A stretch of 64,000 nt of DNA, from positions 256,295 to 320,294 of the forward strand of contig CAWAOU010000024.1 of assembly GCA_963783675.1 (NCBI GenBank), read 5' to 3'. Position 1 is the stretch's first letter. Each line of letters starts with the position of its first letter. Source of the DNA: an uncultured Gammaproteobacteria bacterium. GTDB taxonomy: Bacteria; Pseudomonadota; Gammaproteobacteria; Competibacterales; JAHEDQ01. The notes below the pieces were generated by a model. That model ran no database searches. It saw nothing but the letters and a program-made list of their open reading frames with translations, and was not told where the DNA came from. The position numbers and the translations under genes were made by a program. This document shows, piece by piece, positions 46,274 through 55,502 of the stretch.

Positions 46274-46897
46274 GTGTACGTTCCCCCGCATTTTGCGCTT
46301 CAGGATGAGGCCCAGATTCTGGATCATCTCGAAGCCTGGAGTTTTGCCACTCTGATCACGGGCGAAGATGAGCGTGTCGAAGCAAATCATGTGCCGCTGC
46401 TGCTCGACCGCGGCGAGTATTGTCTGTACGGACACCTGGCGCGGGCCAACCCGCAATGGCACGCGCTGGCGCGGTGCGATGACGCCTTGGCGGTGTTCTC
46501 CGGACCCCATGCCTATGTTTCACCCACCTGGTACGCCAGCAGCGGAGGGGTGCCTACATGGAACTTTGCCGCGGTTCACGCACGGGTGATGCCGGAAATC
46601 TTGGAGGGGGAGGCGGCTACCCTGGGCGTGGTGACCCGCCTGACCCGCCATTTCGAAGGGTCTGAGCCCGGTGCCTGGGAGCCGACGAGGGTTGAGCCGA
46701 AGGTGCTGGAGGGCCTGCTTCAGGGCATTGTCTGTTTTCGCCTTCACATCATAGAACTGCAAGCCAAGCACAAGCTGAGTCAAAACCGCAGCCCGGCGGA
46801 TCGTAGGGGTGTCATCCGCCATTTGGCATCCACTCGCTCCGATTCGGCCGCAGCCGTGGCCGACATGATGCGGGCGCTGCCGGAGGAACTCGGCTGA
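46274..46897 (+). CDS. FMN-binding negative transcriptional regulator (PaiB family)
   Basis: The GTG at 46274 gives the canonical N-terminus MYVPPHF. AKHKLSQNRSPADRRGV is the conserved C-terminal PaiB stretch. The longer track ORF (from 46055) overlaps the previous gene. Confidence 0.75.
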   Translation: MYVPPHFALQDEAQILDHLEAWSFATLITGEDERVEANHVPLLLDRGEYCLYGHLARANPQWHALARCDDALAVFSGPHAYVSPTWYASSGGVPTWNFAAVHARVMPEILEGEAATLGVVTRLTRHFEGSEPGAWEPTRVEPKVLEGLLQGIVCFRLHIIELQAKHKLSQNRSPADRRGVIRHLASTRSDSAAAVADMMRALPEELG

Positions 46898-46922
46898 TAC
46901 GCTTAACCTGGAGAAAAAGCGA

Positions 46923-47561
46923 ATGACCATACAGCTCTACGGTTGCCCTCGATCCCGTTCACTGCGAGCGGTTTGGGCGTTGGAGGAAGCAGGGGTCCAG
47001 TACGACTATCGGTTCGTGAACCTTTCGGCCGGGGAGGGTCGTCAACCAGCCTATCTGGCACTCAATCCCGGCGGGAAGGTGCCTTTGCTTATCGACGGCG
47101 ATCTGACCCTCACCGAGTCATTCGCTATTTGCAGTTACGTCGGTGACTGCCACCCCGACTCCGGTCTGGTGCCGCCTCTCGGATCGACCGAGCGGGCTCA
47201 GTACAACCGCTGGTGCGCCTTCGTCATCGGCGAACTTGAACAACCCCTGTGGACCCTGGGCAAGCACCGGTTTGCCCTGCCTGAAAAAGTGCGGGTGCCG
47301 GATATTCAGGCCACCGCTGCCTGGGAATGGTCCAAGGCGGTTGCGGTACTGGCCCAAGGGTTGGGAACTCGGGATACCATGGTGGGTGCCGGCTTCACCG
47401 CAGCGGACATACTGGTCGCCCACACCCTTGCCTGGGCCCGGGCATTTGAGGTGCCTTTGGAGCATTCCAGCTTGACGGACTACGCTGATCGCGTTTTGGC
47501 CCGGCCAGCCTGCGCGCGCGCTCAGGCGCGTGAGCAGACGGAGGCCCGCAAACAAAGTTAA
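46923..47561 (+). CDS. Glutathione S-transferase
   Basis: Thioredoxin-like N-terminal domain (LYGCPRSRSLRAVWALEEAGVQYD, GKVPLLIDGDLTLTESFAI) and a helical C-terminal domain. Confidence 0.8.
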   Translation: MTIQLYGCPRSRSLRAVWALEEAGVQYDYRFVNLSAGEGRQPAYLALNPGGKVPLLIDGDLTLTESFAICSYVGDCHPDSGLVPPLGSTERAQYNRWCAFVIGELEQPLWTLGKHRFALPEKVRVPDIQATAAWEWSKAVAVLAQGLGTRDTMVGAGFTAADILVAHTLAWARAFEVPLEHSSLTDYADRVLARPACARAQAREQTEARKQS

Positions 47562-47566
47562 GCCAT

Positions 47567-48970
47567 TTACAGTCCTGGGGGCGCACCGATGCGTTCGCGT
47601 GCCGTACCCAGCACGCGCTCGATGGCCAGGGCGGCGCCCAGCAGCAGTTCCTCCTGTCCCGAACCTGCCATCAGCTGCAGCCCCACCGGCAAGCCGGCCT
47701 CGTCCAGACCGATGGGCATGGTCAATGCGCACAAGCCGAGATAGTTGGCGACGCAGGTGTTGCTCAGAGCGGCGATGTTTGGCTCCCGATAGCCCTCCAT
47801 GTCCAGCACCGCGCTCACTGGCGGCGGCGATATGGGCACCGTGGGTGTCGCGATCAGATCCACTTCCTCGAACAATCCAACGGCCCGCGTGCGCAGCCGA
47901 TCCAGTGCGCGCTGGCGCTCGAGGTACGCCCGTGCGCCTATGGATGCGCCGTCGTCGATGCGCAGTTTGAGCAGCGGTCCGGCCAGTTTCCGCCACTCCG
48001 GCAAGACGCTGCTCAGAAATTCGTCGCATTGGGCGGCCACCACGCTGCCGGAACGCAACTGGTCCACCGCCTCAGCCGCCTCCGGCATGTCCAATTCAAC
48101 AAGCTCGGCACCATCGGCGACGATCTCAGTGAGCGCGGTATTGACCGCCGCCACGATGTCGTCCTGGCAACGTTCCCACATGCTTTCGGCGCCCAGGCCG
48201 ATGCGCAATCCCGTCAGGTTCCGTTGCCGGGCCTGCAAATGGAAGCGATGACCGTCGCCGTGGCCGGGGTCCAGTGCGCCGAATGCGAACACCAGGTCCA
48301 GCACGCTGCGCGCCAGCAATCCCACCGTGTCCAGGCTGGGGCTCAACGGCACCACGCCCCGGGTAGACCATCGCCCGGCGCTGGTCTTGAGTCCTACAGT
48401 GCCGGTCATGCTGGCAGGAATGCGAACCGAACCGGCGGTATCCGTGCCCAGCGCCAACAGCGCCGATCCCTCCCACAGGCTGATTCCGGCACCGCTGCTG
48501 GAACCGCCCGGAACCCGATGGACCTGAGCATCCCAGGGGTTACGTGGTGTATCCCAGTGGGTGTTTACGCCCAGCCCGCCAAACGCGAGTTCAACCGTGT
48601 GGGTCTTGCCCGTGATCACGCCGAGCTGCCGGCGCAATGTGGCCACCACCGGACCCTCCCGCTCGAACTCCGGTGGCAGCCGCCTGGGTGTACCCGCATA
48701 GGTGGGTAGCGAGCGCACCGCGAACAAATCCTTCACGGAAACTGGGATTCCGTGGAGAGAACCGAGATAGGAGCCGCTGCGCACGGCCAGCTCGGCGGCC
48801 TGGGCCATTTTCCGGGCCAGTTCCGGCGCCCAGGTCTTATAGGCGCCGCAATCCGGATTTGCCGTTTCGTGTCGGTCGATGGCGGCCGCGGTCAAGTCGA
48901 CCGGGGACAGCGCGCCATCGCGTATGGCGGATGCCAGTGCCGGTAGCGGTTGATTCAGGGACGTACTCAT
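47567..48970 (-). CDS. Amidase (amidase-signature family)
   Basis: AS signature PGGSSSGAGISL and GTDTAGSVRIPA. Start set at the ATG at 48970 (MSTSLNQPL), because the track extension to 49021 reads into repeat copy B. Confidence 0.85.
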   Translation of the reverse strand: MSTSLNQPLPALASAIRDGALSPVDLTAAAIDRHETANPDCGAYKTWAPELARKMAQAAELAVRSGSYLGSLHGIPVSVKDLFAVRSLPTYAGTPRRLPPEFEREGPVVATLRRQLGVITGKTHTVELAFGGLGVNTHWDTPRNPWDAQVHRVPGGSSSGAGISLWEGSALLALGTDTAGSVRIPASMTGTVGLKTSAGRWSTRGVVPLSPSLDTVGLLARSVLDLVFAFGALDPGHGDGHRFHLQARQRNLTGLRIGLGAESMWERCQDDIVAAVNTALTEIVADGAELVELDMPEAAEAVDQLRSGSVVAAQCDEFLSSVLPEWRKLAGPLLKLRIDDGASIGARAYLERQRALDRLRTRAVGLFEEVDLIATPTVPISPPPVSAVLDMEGYREPNIAALSNTCVANYLGLCALTMPIGLDEAGLPVGLQLMAGSGQEELLLGAALAIERVLGTARERIGAPPGL

Positions 48971-48980
48971 GGCTTTAAGC

Positions 48981-49127
48981 CTAGCAGCATGGTGAAAAAA
49001 TCTCGGTCGAGTGCGAGGCAAGGCGAAAACGACGGAGAAAGCACAGTTTACACTTAGTAAATGAGCATTTTGAGGGCGTTTTCAACGCCGTATCGTGCCG
49101 AGTGAGGCTTTTCCAACTCGCTGTGAG
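48981..49127. repeat. Palindromic MITE/REP-like element, copy B (first copy at 3506..3653)
   Basis: See copy A. The left end ctagcagcatggtgaaaaaatc lies 11 nt from the amidase start codon. The right end is degenerate (ctgtgag instead of ctgctag). Confidence 0.8.
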
Positions 49128-49248
49128 TCGATCCTTTCATCCGGGTACAGCAGAGGGGTCGTTATCGCAGGCAGCGTTTCCCGGGACACCGTTGGGTCAG
49201 AATCTCATTTCGGGTAAGGTCAGGCGTCCCGAACACAGGTGGGTGCCA

Positions 49249-49728
49249 ATGGCAGCGGAATTGAAGCTCTACCGGGGCCTCGCGCGACAGCTTGGGGCGC
49301 TGTTGGACGGCGAGCGCGATTGCACGGCCAATGCGGCCAATACCAGTGCCCTGATCCAGCTCGGCGTGAGTGACCTGAACTGGGTTGGTTTCTATTTCTT
49401 GCGGGGTGACGGGCTCGTTTTGGGACCGTTCCAGGGTGGTCCGGCCTGTACCCGCATTCCCTTGGGTCGCGGCGTGTGCGGCACCGCGGCCGCTCGCAGC
49501 GAGACGGTTCGGGTGTCGGACGTTCACACCTTCCATGGTCATATCGCCTGTGATGCGGCGTCCCGGGCGGAACTCGTCATTCCAGTTTTGGCCGATGGGC
49601 GCCTGGTGGGCGTGTTGGATCTCGATAGCCCTGTTGCTGGGCGCTTCAGCGAGATGGACCAGCAGGGGCTGGAAACGCTCGTCCGTGTTTTCGTTGAGGC
49701 TACAGACTTGAGTGATCGGCTGGCGTGA
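49249..49728 (+). CDS. GAF-domain protein, free methionine-(R)-sulfoxide reductase type (MsrC/YebR-like)
   Basis: Trimmed to the ATG at 49249. WVGFYF...LGPFQGGPACTRIPLGRGVCGTAA...HIACDAASRAELVIPV matches the conserved YebR-type pattern. Confidence 0.75.
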   Translation: MAAELKLYRGLARQLGALLDGERDCTANAANTSALIQLGVSDLNWVGFYFLRGDGLVLGPFQGGPACTRIPLGRGVCGTAAARSETVRVSDVHTFHGHIACDAASRAELVIPVLADGRLVGVLDLDSPVAGRFSEMDQQGLETLVRVFVEATDLSDRLA

Positions 49729-49872
49729 GCCCGATCGGGTTACCGGGGGGGCTTACATTCGAGCGGATTGCGTTTCGGTCCACGAGGGCGGAGACGCAAG
49801 CCAGCCAACACCGAGGGTGGGCGGTTATCGTGTTGCTGAAAGGCGATCGACTTGTGACGCATGACACGGGTC

Positions 49873-50778
49873 TCAGACCCGCGCCACAGCCTCCAGAATC
49901 CGCATCGGGCCAACCTCGCGCAAACGCTCCAGGTCGCTCCGATCGCGCACCAGTAAGGCACCGACGAAGCCCAGGGAGTTGACCGAGATCCTTTGCCAGG
50001 CCTCGGCGCTTCGGCGTACCACGAGCATCCAGTCACGGGTAACGAGCAGGTTGTACGGTGAAGGTCGGCCACCGCCCGCCGGCGTTCGCAGCGCAAGTTG
50101 CTTGAGCAGCATAAGATAGCCGCGGTGAAGACCCGCTGCGGTTGTGCAGGCATTGCCGGTTTTCTCAAGGCGGAGAAAGGCATGAGCGATGGGCAGATCG
50201 GGTATGGTCGTAACCTGGCCCGGACCGGTGTCGGGCAGCCGTGCGGCGATCGGCACGGCCGGTTCGCCGAGCATCAGTGGCAGCGGCACCAATTGCAGGT
50301 GTTTATGCGCCTGACTGGCACCGGCCATGGTGCCGCCATTGTAGAAGCCAAGGCCGTCGATCTCGTTCAAACAGAGATTCAGCGCCTCGAAATCGGCCGG
50401 GTTCAGCAAACTGTCCTGTGCTTCGTAACGCCGCGTGATAATCAGCAAATGCTGGTCGATCACATTAAATTTGTTCAGTACACAGAGATGACTCGAGCTG
50501 ATGCCCGCCACTGTCAGATCAGGGTCCGGAGGCAGAAAAGGATTAAATGGCCGTCCATTCGCCTGTGTGCGTTCAGCCGCGTGCCGCGCTGACGCTTCCT
50601 TGCGATGCAGTTTGCTCAGTATCCTGACTTGGAATCGGATGCCGTTGGCTTCCACGATGACCGTATCGGTGGCGATCGGTTCCAGCGCGCCACTCGCCAG
50701 CGCCCGGCGTTCGCGCTCGATGGTTCGGACCCGGAGTGTGCCGGGTTCGAAAAGGTCGCTAATGTGTTTCTCGTTCAC
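49873..50778 (-). CDS. ATP adenylyltransferase family protein (Ap4A phosphorylase II-like)
   Basis: VLNKFNVIDQHLLIITR and GASQAHKHLQLVP (HxHxQ) are the hallmark motifs. GTG start. Confidence 0.7.
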   Translation of the reverse strand: MNEKHISDLFEPGTLRVRTIERERRALASGALEPIATDTVIVEANGIRFQVRILSKLHRKEASARHAAERTQANGRPFNPFLPPDPDLTVAGISSSHLCVLNKFNVIDQHLLIITRRYEAQDSLLNPADFEALNLCLNEIDGLGFYNGGTMAGASQAHKHLQLVPLPLMLGEPAVPIAARLPDTGPGQVTTIPDLPIAHAFLRLEKTGNACTTAAGLHRGYLMLLKQLALRTPAGGGRPSPYNLLVTRDWMLVVRRSAEAWQRISVNSLGFVGALLVRDRSDLERLREVGPMRILEAVARV

Positions 50779-50883
50779 GTGCCAGCTTTAATGACCGATG
50801 ATTGAAAGGATGAAGTGTTCTGGGGCGCGGCGTGCCAGATCAAGCGTCGTTGCTGCATTACCCCGTGTGGAGGCGTCGGACCG

Positions 50884-51771
50884 ATGATACAGAATGGCGG
50901 CGGCATGTGGATCGATCACCTGGTGCTGACGGTGCGTGATCTCGACGCCACGGCCCGATTCTATCGCGACCTGCTGGGAATGGATGAGGTGATATTCGCA
51001 GAAGGCCGACGGGCGCTCAGGTTTGGATGCCAGAAATTCAATCTTCACCCGTTCGGTTCCGAGTTCGAACCCAAGGCCGATCAGCCCACGCCGGGATCGG
51101 TGGACCTGTGTCTGCTGAGCGAGATTCCGATCTCACATTGGGTACAGCGCTGCCGAGCCGCTGGCGTTGCCGTGCTTGAGGGTCCGGTGGCCCGCACCGG
51201 AGCCGTCGGATCGATCAGATCGATTTATGTTCGTGATCCTGATCTTAATCTGGTGGAGATCTCGAACCTCGAGCCTGTGGGGCACCTGCCTGATGGATTT
51301 ACGCTGGTATCTGGCGGGCAGACCGGTGTTGATCGCGGAGCATTGGATGCGGCCCTGGCCTTGGGCTTGCCGGCATCTGGCTGGTGCCCGCCGGGCCGTC
51401 TGGCTGAGGATGGTCCGATTCCGGATCGCTATCCTTTACGTGAGATGGCAAGCGGCGGGTATGCGGAGCGCACTCGGCAAAACGTGGTCGACAGCGACGC
51501 CACCCTGATCCTGTATCGAGATCGCCTGGAAGGGGGTACCGCCAAGACCGTCATCCACTGCGCGCAGGTGGGCAAGATGGTCAAGCTGATCGACTCGGAC
51601 CTGGCTACGCCCGTGTCAGCCGCGATCGCGATCCGAGCATTCATCGTCGGTGCAAGAATTCTTCGGCTCAACGTTGCCGGGCCGCGGGCCAGCAAGGAAC
51701 CCGGTGCGACGGCCTATACCCGAGCGCTGCTGATGGCCGCGTTGGGGCCCGCTGGGGGAGGCGAGACGTGA
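50884..51771 (+). CDS. Fusion protein: VOC (glyoxalase/bleomycin-resistance fold) domain + SLOG/YpsA-type 'molybdenum-cofactor-carrier-like' domain
   Basis: N-terminal half: WIDHLVLTVRDLDATARFYRDLLGM...IYVRDPDLNLVEI (VOC). C-terminal half: LVSGGQTGVDRGALDAALALGLPASGWCPPGRLAEDGPIPDRYPL...DSDATLIL (PF12694-like as recalled). The ATG at 50884 has a ggagg SD; the ATG at 50905 is an alternative. Confidence 0.7.
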   Translation: MIQNGGGMWIDHLVLTVRDLDATARFYRDLLGMDEVIFAEGRRALRFGCQKFNLHPFGSEFEPKADQPTPGSVDLCLLSEIPISHWVQRCRAAGVAVLEGPVARTGAVGSIRSIYVRDPDLNLVEISNLEPVGHLPDGFTLVSGGQTGVDRGALDAALALGLPASGWCPPGRLAEDGPIPDRYPLREMASGGYAERTRQNVVDSDATLILYRDRLEGGTAKTVIHCAQVGKMVKLIDSDLATPVSAAIAIRAFIVGARILRLNVAGPRASKEPGATAYTRALLMAALGPAGGGET

Positions 51772-52346
51772 GCCACCTTTTCGCCTACTTTTTCCGCATG
51801 CGCTTCATTCGCCGCTGGGGGCTGATGCACACTGTTTACCCGGAGAACATCCAGGAACACAGCCTGCGTGTGGCCCAAATCGCCCATGCCTTGGCGGTGA
51901 TCTCAAACCAGCAGTTCGGCGGCACCCTCCATCCGGATCGAGCATCGACGTTGGCGCTGTACCACGATGCAACCGAAGTGCTCACGGGTGACCTTCCCAC
52001 GCCGGTCAAATACTTCAATCCGGGCATTCGACAGATCTACGGTGAGATTGAACAAGCCGCCGGCCGGCGCCTACTGGGCATGGTCCCAAACAGTCTTCGA
52101 TCGGTTTATCAGCCCCTGTTCGAGCCGGTGGAGGCGGATCGTCCCTATTGGGAGCTGGTTCACGCGGCCGATAAACTCTGCGCCTGGATCAAGTGTGTCG
52201 AGGAGGTCACGGCGGGCAACCGGGAGTTCATCGAGGCGGAGAAGGCGCTTGGCGAGTATGTTGCGGGCTTGGATCTTCCCGAGGTTCGCTTTTTCGTCGA
52301 GGCCTTTGTGCCCAGCTTCCGATTGACGCTGGATGAGCTAAAGTAA
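51768..52346 (+). CDS. yfbR: 5'-deoxynucleotidase, HD domain (YfbR-like)
   Basis: RWGLMHTVYPENIQEHSLRVA and LYHDATEVLTGDLPTPVK. The GTG start overlaps the stop of the preceding gene by 4 nt. Confidence 0.8.
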   Translation: MSHLFAYFFRMRFIRRWGLMHTVYPENIQEHSLRVAQIAHALAVISNQQFGGTLHPDRASTLALYHDATEVLTGDLPTPVKYFNPGIRQIYGEIEQAAGRRLLGMVPNSLRSVYQPLFEPVEADRPYWELVHAADKLCAWIKCVEEVTAGNREFIEAEKALGEYVAGLDLPEVRFFVEAFVPSFRLTLDELK

Positions 52347-52381
52347 AAGGGCGTCGCCATCGCACAGGCAGTTGACACAGT

Positions 52382-52618
52382 ATGCCGGACCCTCGAAATC
52401 GGGGCATCGAGTGGAGCCGATTCGCGTTTGGCTGGGGCTTGATTGCTCTGGGGGTGGCGCTGTTCATTCTGGCTGATGACGTGCGTTTGGGTGGTGGTCA
52501 GCGGGAGTGGCTGGAGGTCGCGTTTGCGTTTGAGGTCATCATGGCGGTCGGTTTGTTACTTTTGCTGAGTGGCATCTGGATCGTCCGTCGCTACGCTCGC
52601 CGCATGCGTCAGCATTAA
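52382..52618 (+). CDS. Small two-TM membrane protein (hypothetical)
   Basis: 78 aa. FAFGWGLIALGVALFILA and IMAVGLLLLLSGIWIV. Basic C-terminus. Confidence 0.4.
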   Translation: MPDPRNRGIEWSRFAFGWGLIALGVALFILADDVRLGGGQREWLEVAFAFEVIMAVGLLLLLSGIWIVRRYARRMRQH

Positions 52619-52818
52619 TCCACACCAAACCGAACGGATTGAACTGCCTCGAGTGCCGCAGTGCGGTGTTCTGCATCCCGGTGCTGCAGGGAGTCCGCCG
52701 CCCTGGGGCCGCCACCCGTATGGCCCGGAATGGGCAGAGCATCGAGGCTTGATCCAGAGCACAGGTCTGACGCGGACCGAATGCCGCAACTCAAGGCCTT
52801 CGATGCAACCGGCGATGC

Positions 52819-54150
52819 TCACTGCCGAACGGTGTAGACGCGGGAGGGCTGGCTGCGGCCCCGCACCGTGACTTCCGAAACCAGTTCGAAAGCAAAGCCG
52901 TCAGGGTCGGCGAGCTCGCGGGTACGCTCCGATACCAGGATACGGGTATCCAGTTCTTTGTTGAGTTGCTCCAGCCGGGCGGCCAGGTTGACGTGATCGC
53001 CGTGTACTGTGTAGCTCAGCAGGCCGCCCGCGCCCACGATTCCACCCACCACGACACCGGTGCTGATACCCACCCTGGCGTTCAGGCTAATGTCACCGGC
53101 GAAGCTGTGACGGCGCAAGGCAGCGAGGATGGCCAGACCGGCCCGGACAGCATTGGCCGCGTGGCCCTCATTGGCCTCGGGCAGATTGAAGCTGGCCAGG
53201 AGTCCGTCGCCTTGGAACTGATTGACCACGCCACCCTGCTGGGCAATGGGCTCCACCACCACGTCGAAGTACTCGTTCAGCGTGCGAATCAGATCCCGGG
53301 GCGACAATGACTCGCTGATCCCGGTAAACCCTTCCAGATCCATGAACAGCACGGTCGCTTCGCGGACCTCGCCCTGGCCCGCTTCCACCCGGCTGTCAGC
53401 CCGGGTCACACGCTCCGCCACCTGTGCCGGCACGAAGCGCGACAAATCGCGGGCCGCGCTTTGCTCCACCACGGCCTGAACCAGCAATCGCCGGGCCCGA
53501 GCGATGGCCACCGCCAGAATGGCGGTGACGGTCAGGATTGAGATAATTTTGTCGAATTCGGCACCCAACAGCACGCTGTTTGAGGTCATGTACTCAACGT
53601 AGTCCCGTGTAATCATGGGGTCAGTTGGTTCAATGCGGATTACGTAGATGACCAGCGCCAGCCAGCCCAAAGCGGCGACCACGCCCGCCAGGACCACGAA
53701 TCGAACCTCAAAGTGCAGTGTGCGCAGGGCGATGAAGATAAACACGTACAGCAGTGTCGGCGCCTTGAGATAAAACGAAGCGGGCTGTTCGTATTGGAGA
53801 TGAAAACTCCAGATCAACCCGAGTAACAGTCCGATGTCCAAGACCACCGACAGGTACAGAAACCAGTCTGGCAGTCGCCGCGCATGCGCCAGATAGAGCC
53901 GGACCACGGTAAACAGGAAGTACGCGCCCAGCGCCCAGGGGACCGGTGCGAAAGCCGCTTCTTCTGTGAAGGTCTTGGGCGCCAGGGTATATAGCGCGGC
54001 GAACACCAGCACCACCCCCAGTTGAATCCACCCAATCAGGATCTCGCTGGATTCCTGCTGCTGCTGGATGCGATTGCGTACACGTTCCGGGAGATGCAGG
54101 TCGTTTCCGCGATCCACGGAATCGGCCAGCTCTTGCTTCAGCGTGTTCAT
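52819..54150 (-). CDS. Class III adenylate/guanylate cyclase with N-terminal multi-TM domain
   Basis: Trimmed to the ATG at 54150 (MNTLKQELAD). Six hydrophobic helices, then ATVLFMDLEGFTGISE, FQGDGLLASFN and ARVGISTGVVVGGIVG. Confidence 0.85.
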   Translation of the reverse strand: MNTLKQELADSVDRGNDLHLPERVRNRIQQQQESSEILIGWIQLGVVLVFAALYTLAPKTFTEEAAFAPVPWALGAYFLFTVVRLYLAHARRLPDWFLYLSVVLDIGLLLGLIWSFHLQYEQPASFYLKAPTLLYVFIFIALRTLHFEVRFVVLAGVVAALGWLALVIYVIRIEPTDPMITRDYVEYMTSNSVLLGAEFDKIISILTVTAILAVAIARARRLLVQAVVEQSAARDLSRFVPAQVAERVTRADSRVEAGQGEVREATVLFMDLEGFTGISESLSPRDLIRTLNEYFDVVVEPIAQQGGVVNQFQGDGLLASFNLPEANEGHAANAVRAGLAILAALRRHSFAGDISLNARVGISTGVVVGGIVGAGGLLSYTVHGDHVNLAARLEQLNKELDTRILVSERTRELADPDGFAFELVSEVTVRGRSQPSRVYTVRQ

Positions 54151-54368
54151 GCGCGGCCCGTTCGCTTGCGGTGTCGTATGACTATACGCGCCTGAACACC
54201 GCTTGGTTCCTGTTCTTGGTTCGGGTAGGTACAAAGGGCGCTTTGAATCCAAGCCGGTGGCTGCGTTTGACTCGGTGTACACTGCCGGGCTGAACTTGTC
54301 GTATCCTCTGCGGCCCAATTTCGGGCCGAACTGCTCCGATGCCCAGACAGTGATGGCGATCAAACCGC

Positions 54369-55475
54369 ATGAGCAATAATCAATCCGCCTTTCAACATGG
54401 AACAACGCCCTCGATGGGCGTGCTGCTCGCCAATCTCGGCACACCGGACGCACCGACACCCTCGGCCCTAAGGCGATATCTGGGCGAGTTTCTCTGGGAC
54501 CGACGGGTGGTGGATCTGGCGCGGCCGCTTTGGTGGCTGATTTTGCACGGTATCATTCTGCGTATTCGACCGGCGAGATCGGCCAGGGCCTACAGTAAGG
54601 TGTGGACCGACGAGGGGTCCCCGCTGTTGGTCATCAGCCGGCGCCAGGGTGCTGCGCTGCAGCGCGTTCTGGACCAGCGGTTGCCTGGACCGGTGCAGGT
54701 GGCGGTGGCGATGCGCTACGGCAATCCGTCCATACGGGCTGGGCTGGAACAGCTTCGCGCGGCGGGTGTGCGTCGCCTGATTGTGTTGCCGCTGTATCCT
54801 CAGTATTCGGCCGCTACCACTGCCTCCACCCTGGATGCCGTGGCCAAGGTGCTGGCTGACTGGCCTTGGATCCCAGAGCTTCGTCTGATCAGCGACTACC
54901 ATTCGGAAGCGGGTTACATCGCCGCGCTGGCCTCGTCCATCCGCGAGGCCTGGGCTGCCAGGCAGCCAGGGCAGAAGCTGCTGTTTTCGTTCCACGGTGT
55001 GCCCAAACGCTATCTGCTCAACGGCGATCCGTACCATTGCCTGTGCCACGCTACTGCCCGGCAGGTCGCCGAGTTCTTGGGTGTCGAAGACACGCGTTGG
55101 CAGCTCGTGTTCCAGTCGCGTTTTGGTCGGGAGGAATGGCTACGCCCCTATGCCGACGAGACCCTTGAAGCGATGGGCCGTGCCGGCACCGGTGACATCG
55201 ACGTCGTGTGCCCTGGTTTTTCCGCCGATTGCCTCGAGACCCTGGAGGAAATTGCAATGACAAACCGGGATCTGTACCGGGCATCCGGCGGTGGTGACCT
55301 GCGCTACATACCGGCCTTGAATGACCGGGCAGATCATATTGAGATGCTGGCTGATCTCGTGTGTCGTCACGCCGCGGGGTGGCCCGAAGCGGTTGCCGTG
55401 TCCGATCCAGACGCACAAACCGAGGCCCGTGCCCAGTCGCGGGCACGGGCGATCGCCATGGGTGCAGCCGGGTAG
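54369..55475 (+). CDS. hemH: Ferrochelatase
   Basis: LLANLGTPDAPT, LPLYPQYSAATT, FSFHGVPKRY and QSRFGREEWLRPY. Confidence 0.95.
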   Translation: MSNNQSAFQHGTTPSMGVLLANLGTPDAPTPSALRRYLGEFLWDRRVVDLARPLWWLILHGIILRIRPARSARAYSKVWTDEGSPLLVISRRQGAALQRVLDQRLPGPVQVAVAMRYGNPSIRAGLEQLRAAGVRRLIVLPLYPQYSAATTASTLDAVAKVLADWPWIPELRLISDYHSEAGYIAALASSIREAWAARQPGQKLLFSFHGVPKRYLLNGDPYHCLCHATARQVAEFLGVEDTRWQLVFQSRFGREEWLRPYADETLEAMGRAGTGDIDVVCPGFSADCLETLEEIAMTNRDLYRASGGGDLRYIPALNDRADHIEMLADLVCRHAAGWPEAVAVSDPDAQTEARAQSRARAIAMGAAG

Positions 55476-55502
55476 CTGCAAGGACACGCCGGACCCAACG
55501 CG

